Origin: Deltaproteobacteria bacterium
GTDB taxonomy: Bacteria > Myxococcota_A > Polyangia > Polyangiales > Houyiibacteriaceae
Assembly: GCA_034670305.1 (NCBI GenBank)
Contig: JAXMNT010000014.1
Coordinates: 1 to 64,000 of the forward strand
Reading direction: 5' to 3'
DNA: 64,000 nt
Positions 53,808 to 63,342 of the stretch are shown piece by piece. Position 1 is the first letter of the stretch, and the number at the start of each line of letters is the position of its first letter. A model generated the notes under the pieces. The model searched no databases and was not told where the DNA came from. It saw only the letters and a list, made by a program, of their open reading frames with translations. The position numbers and the translations under genes were made by a program.

Positions 53808-55718
53808 ATGCCCGTCTTGGTCGCTCAGGGATTGCAGCGTAGTTATGGTCCGCGCGAGGTCCTCGCGGATGTTTCGCTCGCCCTCGAACCGGGCGAACGG
53901 GTCGCGCTTGTCGGGGTCAACGGCTCCGGGAAGAGCACGCTGGCGCGCATTCTGAGCGGGCTGGAGGTGCCAGACGGGGGCTCGGTGGTGCTGCGCAACG
54001 ACGCGCGGATCGCCATCCTCGCGCAGGAGCCACAGTTCAAGGAGGGCGCGACCGCGATCGAAGCCGCGCTCGAAGGGCTGGCGGACTGGCGCGAGGCGAT
54101 GAACGCGCACGAGCGGGCGTCGGAAGCACTCTCGACCGGGGACGACTTCGAGAAGTGGCTCGAGGTGCAGGCGCAGGCGGGCGCGGACATCGAGCGGCTC
54201 GGTGGCTGGTCGCGGGAGAGCGAAGCGGAGTCGATGCTGCAGCAGCTCCAGGCGCCGCCGGCCGACCGGCTCGTCTCGACCATGAGCGGTGGCGAACGAC
54301 GCCGGGTCGCGCTGGCGCGCGCGCTCGTCTCCAAAGCCGATTTCTTGGTGCTCGACGAACCGACGAACCACTTGGACGTCGAGACCATCGAGTGGCTCGA
54401 GGGGCACCTGCAGGATCCGGCGGCGCAGCCGGGCGCGGTGCTCTGCATCACCCATGACCGCTACTTCCTCGACCGCATTGCGACGCGCACGATCGAACTC
54501 GAGTACGGCGTGGTGCACTCGTTCGTCGGCGGCTTCACCGCGTACCTCGAAGGCAAAGCCGAACGGGAAGCGCACGACGATCGGGTCGAGAAGAACCGGC
54601 AGAACTTCATCCGCCGCGAGCTCGCGTGGCTCCGGCGTGGACCGAAGGCACGCTCGACCAAACAGAAGGCGCGCATCGACCGGGCGGAGTCGGTCATCGG
54701 CGCGAGCGGTCCGAAGAAGCGCGGCGACGTGAAGTTGCACGCGGCGGTCGCGCGCAGCGGTCGCACGCTGCTCTCGCTCGACAAGGTCTCGATCGACCTC
54801 GGCGAGCGCCGGCTCGTGAACGAGCTGACCTTCACCCTCAACAAGGGCGACTGCGTCGGCATCGTCGGGCCGAACGGCGCGGGCAAGAGCACGCTCATCT
54901 CCGCGATGCTCGGCACCGCGGTCGAGGACGCGATCATCGGCGGCGACGTGCGCCAAGGCGAAACGCTCAAGGTGGTCTCGCTCGACCAGAAACGAAGCGG
55001 ACTCGATCTCAACAAGAGCATCGTCGACAACGTCTCCGAGGGCGGCCGGGTCGACTTCCAGGGCCAGAGCCTCGACGCGCGCACCTACCTCGAACGTTTC
55101 CTGTTCGAATACAAAGAACAGGACCGCCCGGTCGAGACGCTCAGCGGTGGCGAGCGGGTGCGGGTGCTGCTCGCCAAGCTGCTCTTGCAGCCGATGAACC
55201 TACTCGTGCTCGACGAGCCGACCAACGATCTCGATCTGCACACCCTCAGTGCGCTCGAGTCGATGATCGGCGATCTGAAGGCGACCGTGCTGCTCGTCAC
55301 CCACGATCGCTGGATGCTCGATCGGCTCGCGACCCAGGTGCTGTGTTTCGAAGGCGAAGGCCAGGTCACCGCGTACGCGGGCGGCTACACCGACCTGCTC
55401 GCCCAGCGCGCGAAGACCCCGGCGCCGGCGTCCGTCGCGCCGCCAGCTCCGAAGAAGTCGAAGAAGAAGAAGGGTTCAGGCAGGGGCCGCCCGAAGTTCG
55501 GGGCCAAAGAGCAGTCCGAACTCGACGGCATGGCGGCCGCGATCGAAGCCGCCGAGGCGGAGAGCGAAGCGCTCGGACTCGCGCTGGCCGAAGGTGCGAC
55601 GAGCGGCGAGGCCCATGAGAAGGCCATGACCGCCTACGAGAAGAGCGTCGCCAAGGTCGAAACACTGATGGCCCGCTGGGAAACCCTCGAAGAACTCCGC
55701 GCCGAAGCCGACGACTGA
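53808..55718 (+). CDS. uup: ABC-F family ATPase, Uup-like
   Basis: Two ABC domains (GVNGSGKS/MSGGE/LDEPTNHLD and GPNGAGKS/LSGGE/LDEPTNDLD), linker ELAWLRRGPKARSTKQKARI, coiled C-terminus, no TM. Confidence 0.88.
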   Translation: MPVLVAQGLQRSYGPREVLADVSLALEPGERVALVGVNGSGKSTLARILSGLEVPDGGSVVLRNDARIAILAQEPQFKEGATAIEAALEGLADWREAMNAHERASEALSTGDDFEKWLEVQAQAGADIERLGGWSRESEAESMLQQLQAPPADRLVSTMSGGERRRVALARALVSKADFLVLDEPTNHLDVETIEWLEGHLQDPAAQPGAVLCITHDRYFLDRIATRTIELEYGVVHSFVGGFTAYLEGKAEREAHDDRVEKNRQNFIRRELAWLRRGPKARSTKQKARIDRAESVIGASGPKKRGDVKLHAAVARSGRTLLSLDKVSIDLGERRLVNELTFTLNKGDCVGIVGPNGAGKSTLISAMLGTAVEDAIIGGDVRQGETLKVVSLDQKRSGLDLNKSIVDNVSEGGRVDFQGQSLDARTYLERFLFEYKEQDRPVETLSGGERVRVLLAKLLLQPMNLLVLDEPTNDLDLHTLSALESMIGDLKATVLLVTHDRWMLDRLATQVLCFEGEGQVTAYAGGYTDLLAQRAKTPAPASVAPPAPKKSKKKKGSGRGRPKFGAKEQSELDGMAAAIEAAEAESEALGLALAEGATSGEAHEKAMTAYEKSVAKVETLMARWETLEELRAEADD

Positions 55719-55730
55719 CGTGCCGAGCGC

Positions 55731-57197
55731 TTACTCTTCTTCGGACGAAGCCTTCTTTTTGGGGTCGTCTTCCTTGGGCGCCTTCGCTTTGGGATCCGCG
55801 TCGCCTTCTTCTCGGAAGCCTCGTTCCCAGCGGCTGCCGGGGATGGTGTTGTCGAGGAACAGCGCGGTGAACGCGCCGACCGCCATGCCGGTGCTGCCGA
55901 GGGTGTTGACGAGGTCCTTCAGCCAGCCGGGGCCGTAGTCGAACGGCACCGCCGCGAAGTACTCCGGCAGGCTCAGGCCCATGAAGAGCGAGAAGCCGAC
56001 GATGAAGAGGTTGCGCGGGGAGTTGAGATCGACGAGCTGCAGGTTCGACAGACCCACCGCCGCGATCATGCCGAACATCGCGCAGTACATGCCGCCGACG
56101 ATCGGCTGGGGAATGGTGGTGAAGAGCGCGCCGAACTTGGTGATCGATCCGAAGAAGATCATCAGAATCGCGCCGGCCTGGACCACGCGGCGGCTGCCCA
56201 CGCGGGTCAGCGCGATGGCGCCGATGTTCTCGCTGTACGAGGTGGTGCCGTTGCCGGTGCCGAACACGCCGGCGATCGCGCAGCCGAGGCCTTCGATGCC
56301 GATGCCGCGGCTGATGGTCTTGGCGTCGGGCGGGGGCGCGCCGCTGAGCCGTGCGCAGGCGTAGTAGTCGCCGATCGACTCGACCATGCTCGCGAGGTAG
56401 CCGGCCAACATGCCGACGATCGCGCTCGTCGCGAAGATGGGCATGCCCCACTGAAACGGCATCGGGACGCGCACCCAGGGGGTCTCCGCCAGGATGGTCG
56501 TGCTCACGTGTCCGGGGTGTCCTTCACCGAAGACGCCCGTCCAAGTGAGCACCGCAGCGAAACCCCACGCGCCGATGATCGCCATCAAGATCGGGAAGAG
56601 CCGAAAGACCTTCGCTTTGTTCCGGAGGTACTGACTGAAGAGGATGATGAGGCCGATGGTCAGTGCGCCGAGGCCCCAATGTTTGCCCGCGATCGGCGCG
56701 CCGAACTTGAAGAGCGCGAGGCCGATGAGCGCGATGGTCGGCGCGATCGCGACCGGGCTGACGAAGCGCACCATCTTGCCGACGAGCCCGGTGAAGCCGA
56801 GGATCATCTCGACGATCGAGCCCGCGATGATGGCGCCCTGGATGTGCTGCATGCGGACTTCGAAACCTTCGTTGCGCAGGCCCGCCATCGCGCAGATGGC
56901 GAACGTCGCCGACAAGAAGCTGAAGGTGCCGCCCTGGACGATCGGCAGCCGGTTGCCGATGGTCGTCTGCAGCATGGTCGCGATGCCGCTGACGAAGAAC
57001 ATCGTGCCGATGAGCATCGCGAGCTGCTTCGGGTCGTCGTCGATGCCGAGCGCAGGCGCGAGCAGCAGCGGGACGGCGACCGTGGAGCCGAACATCGTCA
57101 GGTAGTGCTGAAACCCCAGGAACGCGGTTTCGATGGGGGGCGGGACATCGTCGATGCCGTAGACGAGGTCGTGTTCGGGGGCCGGGGCGCTGCTCAT
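55731..57197 (-). CDS. NCS2/NAT-family nucleobase:cation symporter (uracil/xanthine-type)
   Basis: GFQHYLTMFG, RLPIVQG and NAT signature SYSENIGAIALTRVGSR. Confidence 0.93.
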   Translation of the reverse strand: MSSAPAPEHDLVYGIDDVPPPIETAFLGFQHYLTMFGSTVAVPLLLAPALGIDDDPKQLAMLIGTMFFVSGIATMLQTTIGNRLPIVQGGTFSFLSATFAICAMAGLRNEGFEVRMQHIQGAIIAGSIVEMILGFTGLVGKMVRFVSPVAIAPTIALIGLALFKFGAPIAGKHWGLGALTIGLIILFSQYLRNKAKVFRLFPILMAIIGAWGFAAVLTWTGVFGEGHPGHVSTTILAETPWVRVPMPFQWGMPIFATSAIVGMLAGYLASMVESIGDYYACARLSGAPPPDAKTISRGIGIEGLGCAIAGVFGTGNGTTSYSENIGAIALTRVGSRRVVQAGAILMIFFGSITKFGALFTTIPQPIVGGMYCAMFGMIAAVGLSNLQLVDLNSPRNLFIVGFSLFMGLSLPEYFAAVPFDYGPGWLKDLVNTLGSTGMAVGAFTALFLDNTIPGSRWERGFREEGDADPKAKAPKEDDPKKKASSEEE

Positions 57198-57307
57198 TCG
57201 CGGGACCGTACTGATTCTGGACCGCCCCGTCACGAAGCCGCCCTCCGGCCAACCGAGCGCCGTCCATAGACGCGGGTGGAAACCGGATTGTCGGCTATGG
57301 TCCGGCC

Positions 57308-58060
57308 GTGGGCGTCCACTCCACCACACCGTTTCTCCAGCACGTCGCGTGGGCGGGGTTTGCCGCACTGGCGATGTCCTGTGCGATGGCCTGTGCGACA
57401 GCGATCCCGACCTACTCGGGTGCGTCGACCACGCCCAAGAAACGTTCGGACCTCATGCTGGGTGGCGCCGCGCGCATTCCGGTCGGATCGCTCCGCGACT
57501 TCGGTCCGGCCGACAGCCGGTACCGGGAGACCGCGGAGACCGGCGGCATCGTGCCGGTGGCGGCGTTTCGCCATGGCCTGACCCGGCACCGAGACCTCGG
57601 CGTCATGGTCGCCGGCACCAACGTGCGGCTCGAAGTGCGGGGCGAGACCGGGGTCCGCGAAGGATCGACCCGGCCCGCGTGGATCTGGGCGGCGGCGGCG
57701 TACGGGGGCTACGTGCCGGACCGCGACGGCGACGGCGGCGGCGGCCGGTTCGGAATCGATGTCCCGGTCGTCTACGGCATCGACTTCGGCGGCCTCTACG
57801 ACGTCTGGATCGGACCGCGGCTCGGCGCGCAGATGGTGGTGGGCGATTTCGAGTTCGAAGACGGACGCACCGAAGCCGCCACCGCCGGCGCGCTCTCCCT
57901 CGGTGGCGTGGTCGGTGTCGCTGCGGGGTTCCGCCGGGTGCACGCGATGCTCGAAGTCACCGTGGCGTACGAACACTGGTTCGGCAGCCACGGCGACCAG
58001 AGTCTTCGACGCGGCGGGTTCGTCGTGACGCCCGGCTTCGCACTGCGGCTGCGGCTCTGA
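57308..58060 (+). CDS. Putative lipoprotein / outer-membrane beta-barrel
   Basis: Hydrophobic N-terminus with AMAC; Gly/aromatic beta-strands; C-terminal TPGFALRLRL. Confidence 0.65.
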   Translation: MGVHSTTPFLQHVAWAGFAALAMSCAMACATAIPTYSGASTTPKKRSDLMLGGAARIPVGSLRDFGPADSRYRETAETGGIVPVAAFRHGLTRHRDLGVMVAGTNVRLEVRGETGVREGSTRPAWIWAAAAYGGYVPDRDGDGGGGRFGIDVPVVYGIDFGGLYDVWIGPRLGAQMVVGDFEFEDGRTEAATAGALSLGGVVGVAAGFRRVHAMLEVTVAYEHWFGSHGDQSLRRGGFVVTPGFALRLRL

Positions 58061-58267
58061 TGGCCCGCGGCTAGGCGGCTGAGGGACTCGCCGAGAAGAT
58101 CGTCGTCGACCTGTCGGCGCACCGGTTCCAAGCAGTGCCGCCGCCCCCAGAAGCCCTCCGCTGGGACTGAGCGCACCGTCCAAGGGACACGCTTCGCGCC
58201 GCTGCCAGGTTGGTTTCCTTGCCGACAATTCCGGTCTTCGCGGCGCGTCGTGCCAGCCTGAAGCGGC

Positions 58268-59146
58268 ATGGACACGCTGCGCAAGATCCTGGCCACGATC
58301 GGGGAGAGCCTCCAGATCGAGCTTTTCGCCATCTCGGGCACCACCGTCACCCTCGCCACCGCGCTGACGGCAATCGCCATCGTGATGGTCACCATGCTCG
58401 CGTCGCGCGTCATGAAGCGGGCGATCGCGCGCGGGTTCCAGGTGCGGGGGGTGACGGACACCGGCACGATCGCGCTCGTCACGAAGCTCGTGCACTACGT
58501 CGTGATGGCCGTGGGTCTGGGGATCGCGCTGCAGACGGTGGGCGTCGATCTGAACGCGCTGTTCGCCGCGGGCGCCGTGTTCGCGGTCGGCATCGGCTTC
58601 GCGATGCAGAACGTCGTTCAGAACTTCGTGAGCGGGATCATCCTGATGGTGGAACGCACGATCAAACCGGGCGACGTGCTCGACGTGGGCGGCACGATCA
58701 TCCGGGTCCAGAAGATGGGCATCCGGTCGACCCTCGGCGAAGGCCTCGATGGCGAAGACCTGCTCCTGCCGAACTCGCTCCTCGTCCAGGACACCGTGAA
58801 GAACATGACCCACCAGTCGGCCGACTACCGAGTGCGGGTCCCCGTCGGCGTCGCGTACGAGTCGGACATGGCGCACGTGCGGGCGGCGCTCGAAGCCGTC
58901 GCGAAGAAGCTGCACGATCCGAAGACCAAGGGAGAAGCCCTCGTGTTGATGACGGCGTTCGGTTCCAGCAGCGTGGACTTCGAAGTCTGCGTCTGGACGA
59001 AGGACCCGTGGCGGATCCGGCCACTGCGGTCCCGCATCCACCACGCGATCTGGGATGCGCTCAAGGAGGCGGACGTCGTCATCGCGTTCCCGCAGCTCGA
59101 CGTGCACTTCGACCGAGGCGTGTTGGAAACCAAAGCCGCGGCGTGA
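58268..59146 (+). CDS. MscS-family mechanosensitive channel
   Basis: GIGFAMQNVVQNFVSGIILMVERTIKPGD, GIRST, LLPNS, VGVAYESD and IAFPQLDVH. Confidence 0.93.
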   Translation: MDTLRKILATIGESLQIELFAISGTTVTLATALTAIAIVMVTMLASRVMKRAIARGFQVRGVTDTGTIALVTKLVHYVVMAVGLGIALQTVGVDLNALFAAGAVFAVGIGFAMQNVVQNFVSGIILMVERTIKPGDVLDVGGTIIRVQKMGIRSTLGEGLDGEDLLLPNSLLVQDTVKNMTHQSADYRVRVPVGVAYESDMAHVRAALEAVAKKLHDPKTKGEALVLMTAFGSSSVDFEVCVWTKDPWRIRPLRSRIHHAIWDALKEADVVIAFPQLDVHFDRGVLETKAAA

Positions 59147-59163
59147 CTGCTAGCGCGTAGTCC

Positions 59164-59853
59164 TCAGCCGGCCGGTGCGTCGTGGCCGAGCGCCGCGCGC
59201 ACACGGGCGACCAGCCGATCGCAGCGTTCTCCGTCGAAGGAGAACACGGACTCTGCGTCGGGTCCCCAGGCCGCGCCGAGCGACTGACGCATCATGGCGC
59301 GCGCTCGATGCAGCCGGACTCGGACCGCACCCACTTCGAGCTCCAAGGTCTCGGCGACCTCCCGACTCGACATGTGCTGCACGTCCCGCATCACGAGCAC
59401 CGTCCGGTACGGGAATGGCAGCTCGTCGACCGCACGTTCGAGCGCGACGCGCAGCTTGGACACTTCGGCCCGGTGCTCGGGTGTGGGGGCTCCGCTGTCC
59501 TGCACGGTCAACTCTTCCTCCCGGCTCTGCTGCCGGACCCTGCGTAGGGCGTTGCGGGCCGCGATCCGAGAGAGCCATCCGCCGAACGCTTCTGGCGACT
59601 GGAGCTGGTCGAGCTTGCGGTAGGCGGTGACGAATGCGTCCTGGCACGCGTCCTCCGCTTCGCTGTCGTTCTTGAGGATGCTGCGCGCGATGCGGAACAC
59701 CCGAGGGTTGTAGCGACGCATCAGTTTCGTGAACGCTTCGTCGTCGCCTGCGAGCACACCACCCACGAGCACGGCGTCGGTTGGATCCTTGGTCTCGTCA
59801 GGCATCGGTGGGGTGGCTGCGACTGGTTGGAGGGCCATGGCTCTCGGGCTCAT
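59164..59853 (-). CDS. ECF sigma-70 factor with a C-terminal F.FDGERCDR extension
   Basis: Region 2 (AFTKLMRRY...EAEDACQDAF...FGGWLSRIA.N) and region 4 (LP..YRTVLVMRDVQ.MS..EVAE.L...VRVRLHRAR). Confidence 0.92.
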   Translation of the reverse strand: MSPRAMALQPVAATPPMPDETKDPTDAVLVGGVLAGDDEAFTKLMRRYNPRVFRIARSILKNDSEAEDACQDAFVTAYRKLDQLQSPEAFGGWLSRIAARNALRRVRQQSREEELTVQDSGAPTPEHRAEVSKLRVALERAVDELPFPYRTVLVMRDVQHMSSREVAETLELEVGAVRVRLHRARAMMRQSLGAAWGPDAESVFSFDGERCDRLVARVRAALGHDAPAG

Positions 59854-59860
59854 GGTGGAG

Positions 59861-59886
59861 AGAGGCGCGAGCAGGCCAAACGTTAC
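59861..59886 (-). promoter_or_regulatory. Putative ECF promoter GTAAC-N17-CTCT for the sigma gene
   Basis: Minus strand GTAACgtttggcctgctcgcgcCTCT, then 7 nt to ATG 59853. Confidence 0.65.
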
Positions 59887-59924
59887 ACGGTTCCTCAGAC
59901 CCGCGGCAGTCGCCAACACCGTTC

Positions 59925-59950
59925 GTAACGGAACGGGCGGCTCGTGCTCT
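59925..59950 (+). promoter_or_regulatory. Putative ECF promoter GTAAC-N17-CTCT for the cytochrome c gene
   Basis: GTAACggaacgggcggctcgtgCTCT, then 7 nt to ATG 59958. Confidence 0.65.
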
Positions 59951-59957
59951 TGGTCCC

Positions 59958-60353
59958 ATGAAACGACTGCTCTGTCTCTCCGTGGTGGTGGTTGCATGCG
60001 CCAGCGCACCACCGCCCAACCTCAACGATCCGAACCTCTCGCAGGTGGAAGTCGGCCAGCAAGCCTACGCCCACGCCTGCGCGGGATGTCACGGCGATGC
60101 CGGTGAAGGGGGCCGTGCATCGGCGCTCCTGGGAGACGGTTCGCTACCGGCGAGCCGCGAAGGCCGGCCGGACTTTCACACCGCCGCCGATCTGCTGACG
60201 TGGTTGCCGGTCGCGATGCCGCCACGTGAGAGCGATCGACTCGCGCCGGCAGAGTACGCCGCGATCGTCGCGTTCGTTCTGGAAGCGCACGGCGTGGATC
60301 TGCAGGGCCAGAACGTCACCGAAGAGAACGCGGCACAGTGGCCGCTTCGGTAG
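59958..60353 (+). CDS. Monoheme cytochrome c lipoprotein
   Basis: Lipobox VVAC, CAGCH heme motif and distal Met in AMPP. Confidence 0.88.
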   Translation: MKRLLCLSVVVVACASAPPPNLNDPNLSQVEVGQQAYAHACAGCHGDAGEGGRASALLGDGSLPASREGRPDFHTAADLLTWLPVAMPPRESDRLAPAEYAAIVAFVLEAHGVDLQGQNVTEENAAQWPLR

Positions 60354-60504
60354 AGACAGCGCACTCCGCCGCTTCAGTAGAGACAGCCGCCTCCGTTGGA
60401 CCGATGCGACAGGTGACCCAGGTCGCGCTCACGTTTCTGCAGGTTCTGCTCTGGCTCATCGGCGCGGCGTGGATGGAGTCTGCTTCCATCGCACCCCACG
60501 CCGA

Positions 60505-62274
60505 TCAACGTTTGCGCTGAATGTCCGCCGTCGGGTCGTTGTCCGGGGTCACGTAGATCTCTTCCGCGATGAGCGCACCCGAGGCACCGCGACCGAGTTC
60601 GGCGGCGTTGGCTTCGTCGGTGTCGATGTGCATCTCGAGTGCGTAGGAGTCCTTCACGCGGATCAGCACGTCGCCGAAGGTCAGGTCGCGGTCACCGCCG
60701 GTGACCTTCACCTCGACGTAGTCCTTGTCCTTCACGCCGTAGGCCTCGGCGTCCGCCACCGTCATGTGGATGTGGCGCCATGCGCAGATGAGGCCTTCTT
60801 CGAGGTGCAGCGTGCCCTTCGGCCCCTCGAGCGTGATCGGTGCGGAGCCTTGCACCTTCCCGGAGTGACGGACCGGCGCGTCGACGCCGAGCGCGAACTC
60901 GTCGGTGCGGGACACCTCGACCTGACACGCGGGGCGGAGCGGCCCGAGGATGCGCACCCGTTCGATGCGTCCGCGCGGTCCGATGATCGCGAGGCGTTCC
61001 TCCGCCGCGAACTGACCGGGCTGGGAGAGGTCTTTGTAGTGGGTCAGCTCGCTGCCTTCGCCGAAGAGCGTGTCCATCGCTTCGCGGGTCAGGTGGATGT
61101 GCCGGCCGCTGATCGCGATCGGGATCGGCTTCTTCGGGTGTTTCACCTTCTTGTCGCCGCGTGCCACGCCTGCACTCAAACGCGCGATCTGCAGTTCTTC
61201 GTTGGTGGCGACCACCAGCGCACGCACACGCGCAGTGCTCGACGAGATGTCGGCGACCGGGCTCTCGTGGCTGACCTTCGCGTCGCGGTTCTTGTCTTCG
61301 TCGATCCGGATTCCGAGGAAGTCGAGCCGCTGCAAAATGCGCATGCGCATGTCCGAGCCGTTCTCTCCGACGCCACCGGTCAACACGACCGCGTCGAGCC
61401 CGCCCATCACCGCGGCGTAGGCGCCGATGTACTTGCGGACCCGGTGTGCGAACACGTTGATGGCGAGCCGCGCGCGGTCGTCGCCTTCTTCCGCCTTGTT
61501 CTCGATGTCGCGCAGATCGTTGCCGATGCCGCTGATGCCGAGCAAGCCGCTCTCGCGGTTCAGCATGCGGTCGGTCTCGTCGATGCCGTGTTCGCGCGCG
61601 AGCTTCAGCACGAGCCCCGGATCGAGGTCGCCGCTTCGGGTGCCCATCACGAGGCCTTCGAGTGGGGTCAGCCCCATCGAGGTCTCGACCGACCCACCGA
61701 ACTCGATCGCACACGCGCTCGCGCCGTTGCCGAGGTGCAGCGTGACGAGTCGCAGCTCGCGGAGCGGCGTCTTCAGGTGCCCGGCTGCGAGCCCTGCGAC
61801 GTACGCATGCGAGGTGCCGTGGAACCCGTAGCGGCGCAGGGCGCCCTTCTCGGCGAGTTCGTAGTCGATGGCGTAGGTGCGCGCGCGACGTGGCAGACGC
61901 GCGTGAAACGCGGTGTCGAAGACGGCGACGTGCGGGACGTCCGGCAGCGCTGCGCGGGCCGCCTTGATGCCCGCAAGGTTGGCCGGGTTGTGCAAGGGCG
62001 CGAGCGGCACACACGCTTCGATCGCCGCGATGACATCGTCGTTGATCGCGGTCGCGTCGTGGAACTTCGCGCCGCCATGCACGACCCGGTGCCCGACCGC
62101 TTCGACGGTGTGGTCCTTCACCGCGGCGAGCACCTCCGCGAGTGCGTCCGCGTGGGTGCGGCCTTCGTCTCCGATGCGTTCGACCTTGCCCTTGGCCAGA
62201 GCCGCGCCGCTCTCGGAGTCGACGACTTGATACTTCACGCTCGAAGAGCCGCAGTTGATGACGAGTACCTTCAC
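60505..62274 (-). CDS. ackA: Acetate/propionate kinase fused to a PduL-type phosphate acyltransferase
   Basis: N-terminal VINCGSSSVKY, GHRVVHGG, APLHNP, RYGFHGTSH, GTRSGD and TNEE. C-terminal PduL motifs SGRHIHL, QVEVSRTD, RHIHM and EMHIDTDEANAA. Confidence 0.92.
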   Translation of the reverse strand: MKVLVINCGSSSVKYQVVDSESGAALAKGKVERIGDEGRTHADALAEVLAAVKDHTVEAVGHRVVHGGAKFHDATAINDDVIAAIEACVPLAPLHNPANLAGIKAARAALPDVPHVAVFDTAFHARLPRRARTYAIDYELAEKGALRRYGFHGTSHAYVAGLAAGHLKTPLRELRLVTLHLGNGASACAIEFGGSVETSMGLTPLEGLVMGTRSGDLDPGLVLKLAREHGIDETDRMLNRESGLLGISGIGNDLRDIENKAEEGDDRARLAINVFAHRVRKYIGAYAAVMGGLDAVVLTGGVGENGSDMRMRILQRLDFLGIRIDEDKNRDAKVSHESPVADISSSTARVRALVVATNEELQIARLSAGVARGDKKVKHPKKPIPIAISGRHIHLTREAMDTLFGEGSELTHYKDLSQPGQFAAEERLAIIGPRGRIERVRILGPLRPACQVEVSRTDEFALGVDAPVRHSGKVQGSAPITLEGPKGTLHLEEGLICAWRHIHMTVADAEAYGVKDKDYVEVKVTGGDRDLTFGDVLIRVKDSYALEMHIDTDEANAAELGRGASGALIAEEIYVTPDNDPTADIQRKR

Positions 62275-62343
62275 AGAATCCCACTCCCTTTGAATGCCCG
62301 AATGGGCAGAGGCCGCGAGGCTACCCGATCTGCGTTCGTTTGA

Positions 62344-63273
62344 TCACGCCTTGGATCGTCGAGGCCCGCCGACGGATGGCCGGGTCTCGAGCCGGGTGCG
62401 AACCCGCTCGATCAGTGCGCGCTCGGCGCCGCGTTCCAGGCGAGACGCAGGCAAGCCAGCGAACACTTCGATGTCGGGCAGGCCTTCGATCGGAAGTCGC
62501 CGGAGCGCTTTCGCGCCCACGTGCACTTCGGCGGTCACGTCGGGCAACACGGTCAGGAGCTCGCCCGAGAGGCAGACCCGCAAGTTCGATCGCAACAGGG
62601 TGATGCGCATGCCGACTTTGCGCGGGAGCTCGGTCGGCCAGCCGTCCATCACCTGCCCCGTATCGCCGACTTGGGGAATCGAGAACGGATGCTCGAGCAC
62701 CATCGCTTGGGTCAACTTTCGTTTCCGGAAGAGCGGGTGCGTCTTGCCGCAGTAGACCGACATCGGGGTCGCGCCGAGCTTCTCGACCACGATGCCGTCC
62801 ACGGAGAGTTCTTCGTAGTAGAACGCGACGTCGATCTCGCCACGCGACAACATCGCGGTCGCGTCGGCGGTGCGTAGGTTCAGGCTCTCCGGGATGAGCC
62901 CGGCGTGGTCGCGCTTCATCTCGATGAGTGCCGGCACGACGAAGTTGTCGGTGAGCACCCCGAGCGACGCGACGCGGAAAGGGCCGAGGAAGGGATCGGC
63001 CAGGGTCCGTGAAAAGCCCTCGTCCACGGCGGCGACGGCGGACTTCACCGCGTCGCGCAAACTCGCGCCGCGGGTGTTGAGCACGAGCTGCCGACCGACC
63101 CGGTTGAAAAGCGGCTCGCCGACTTCCGCTTCGAGAAGGCGGAGGGTGCGCGAGATCGCCGCCGGCGTCAGATGCAGACGCCGACTCGCGCCAACGATGC
63201 TGCCGACTTCGGCCACTTCGAGGAATGCAGGCAGCCAGTTCCAGGCGCGTTTTCGGAGTTCGCGGGTGATCAC
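62344..63273 (-). CDS. LysR-family transcriptional regulator
   Basis: AFLEVAEVGSIVGASRRLHLTPAAISRTLRLLE...LFNR HTH plus a substrate-binding domain. Confidence 0.93.
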   Translation of the reverse strand: MITRELRKRAWNWLPAFLEVAEVGSIVGASRRLHLTPAAISRTLRLLEAEVGEPLFNRVGRQLVLNTRGASLRDAVKSAVAAVDEGFSRTLADPFLGPFRVASLGVLTDNFVVPALIEMKRDHAGLIPESLNLRTADATAMLSRGEIDVAFYYEELSVDGIVVEKLGATPMSVYCGKTHPLFRKRKLTQAMVLEHPFSIPQVGDTGQVMDGWPTELPRKVGMRITLLRSNLRVCLSGELLTVLPDVTAEVHVGAKALRRLPIEGLPDIEVFAGLPASRLERGAERALIERVRTRLETRPSVGGPRRSKA

Positions 63274-63342
63274 AACGTTCCTCGCGGGTCGCGGGGGTTT
63301 CAGCGGGCCTCGACAACCGACGAAACAGCTCCGGCGCGAAAG

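Noticed and set aside
60505-62274. Bacterial microcompartment locus suggested by PduL
   Set aside because: No shell protein or signature enzyme genes in the window.
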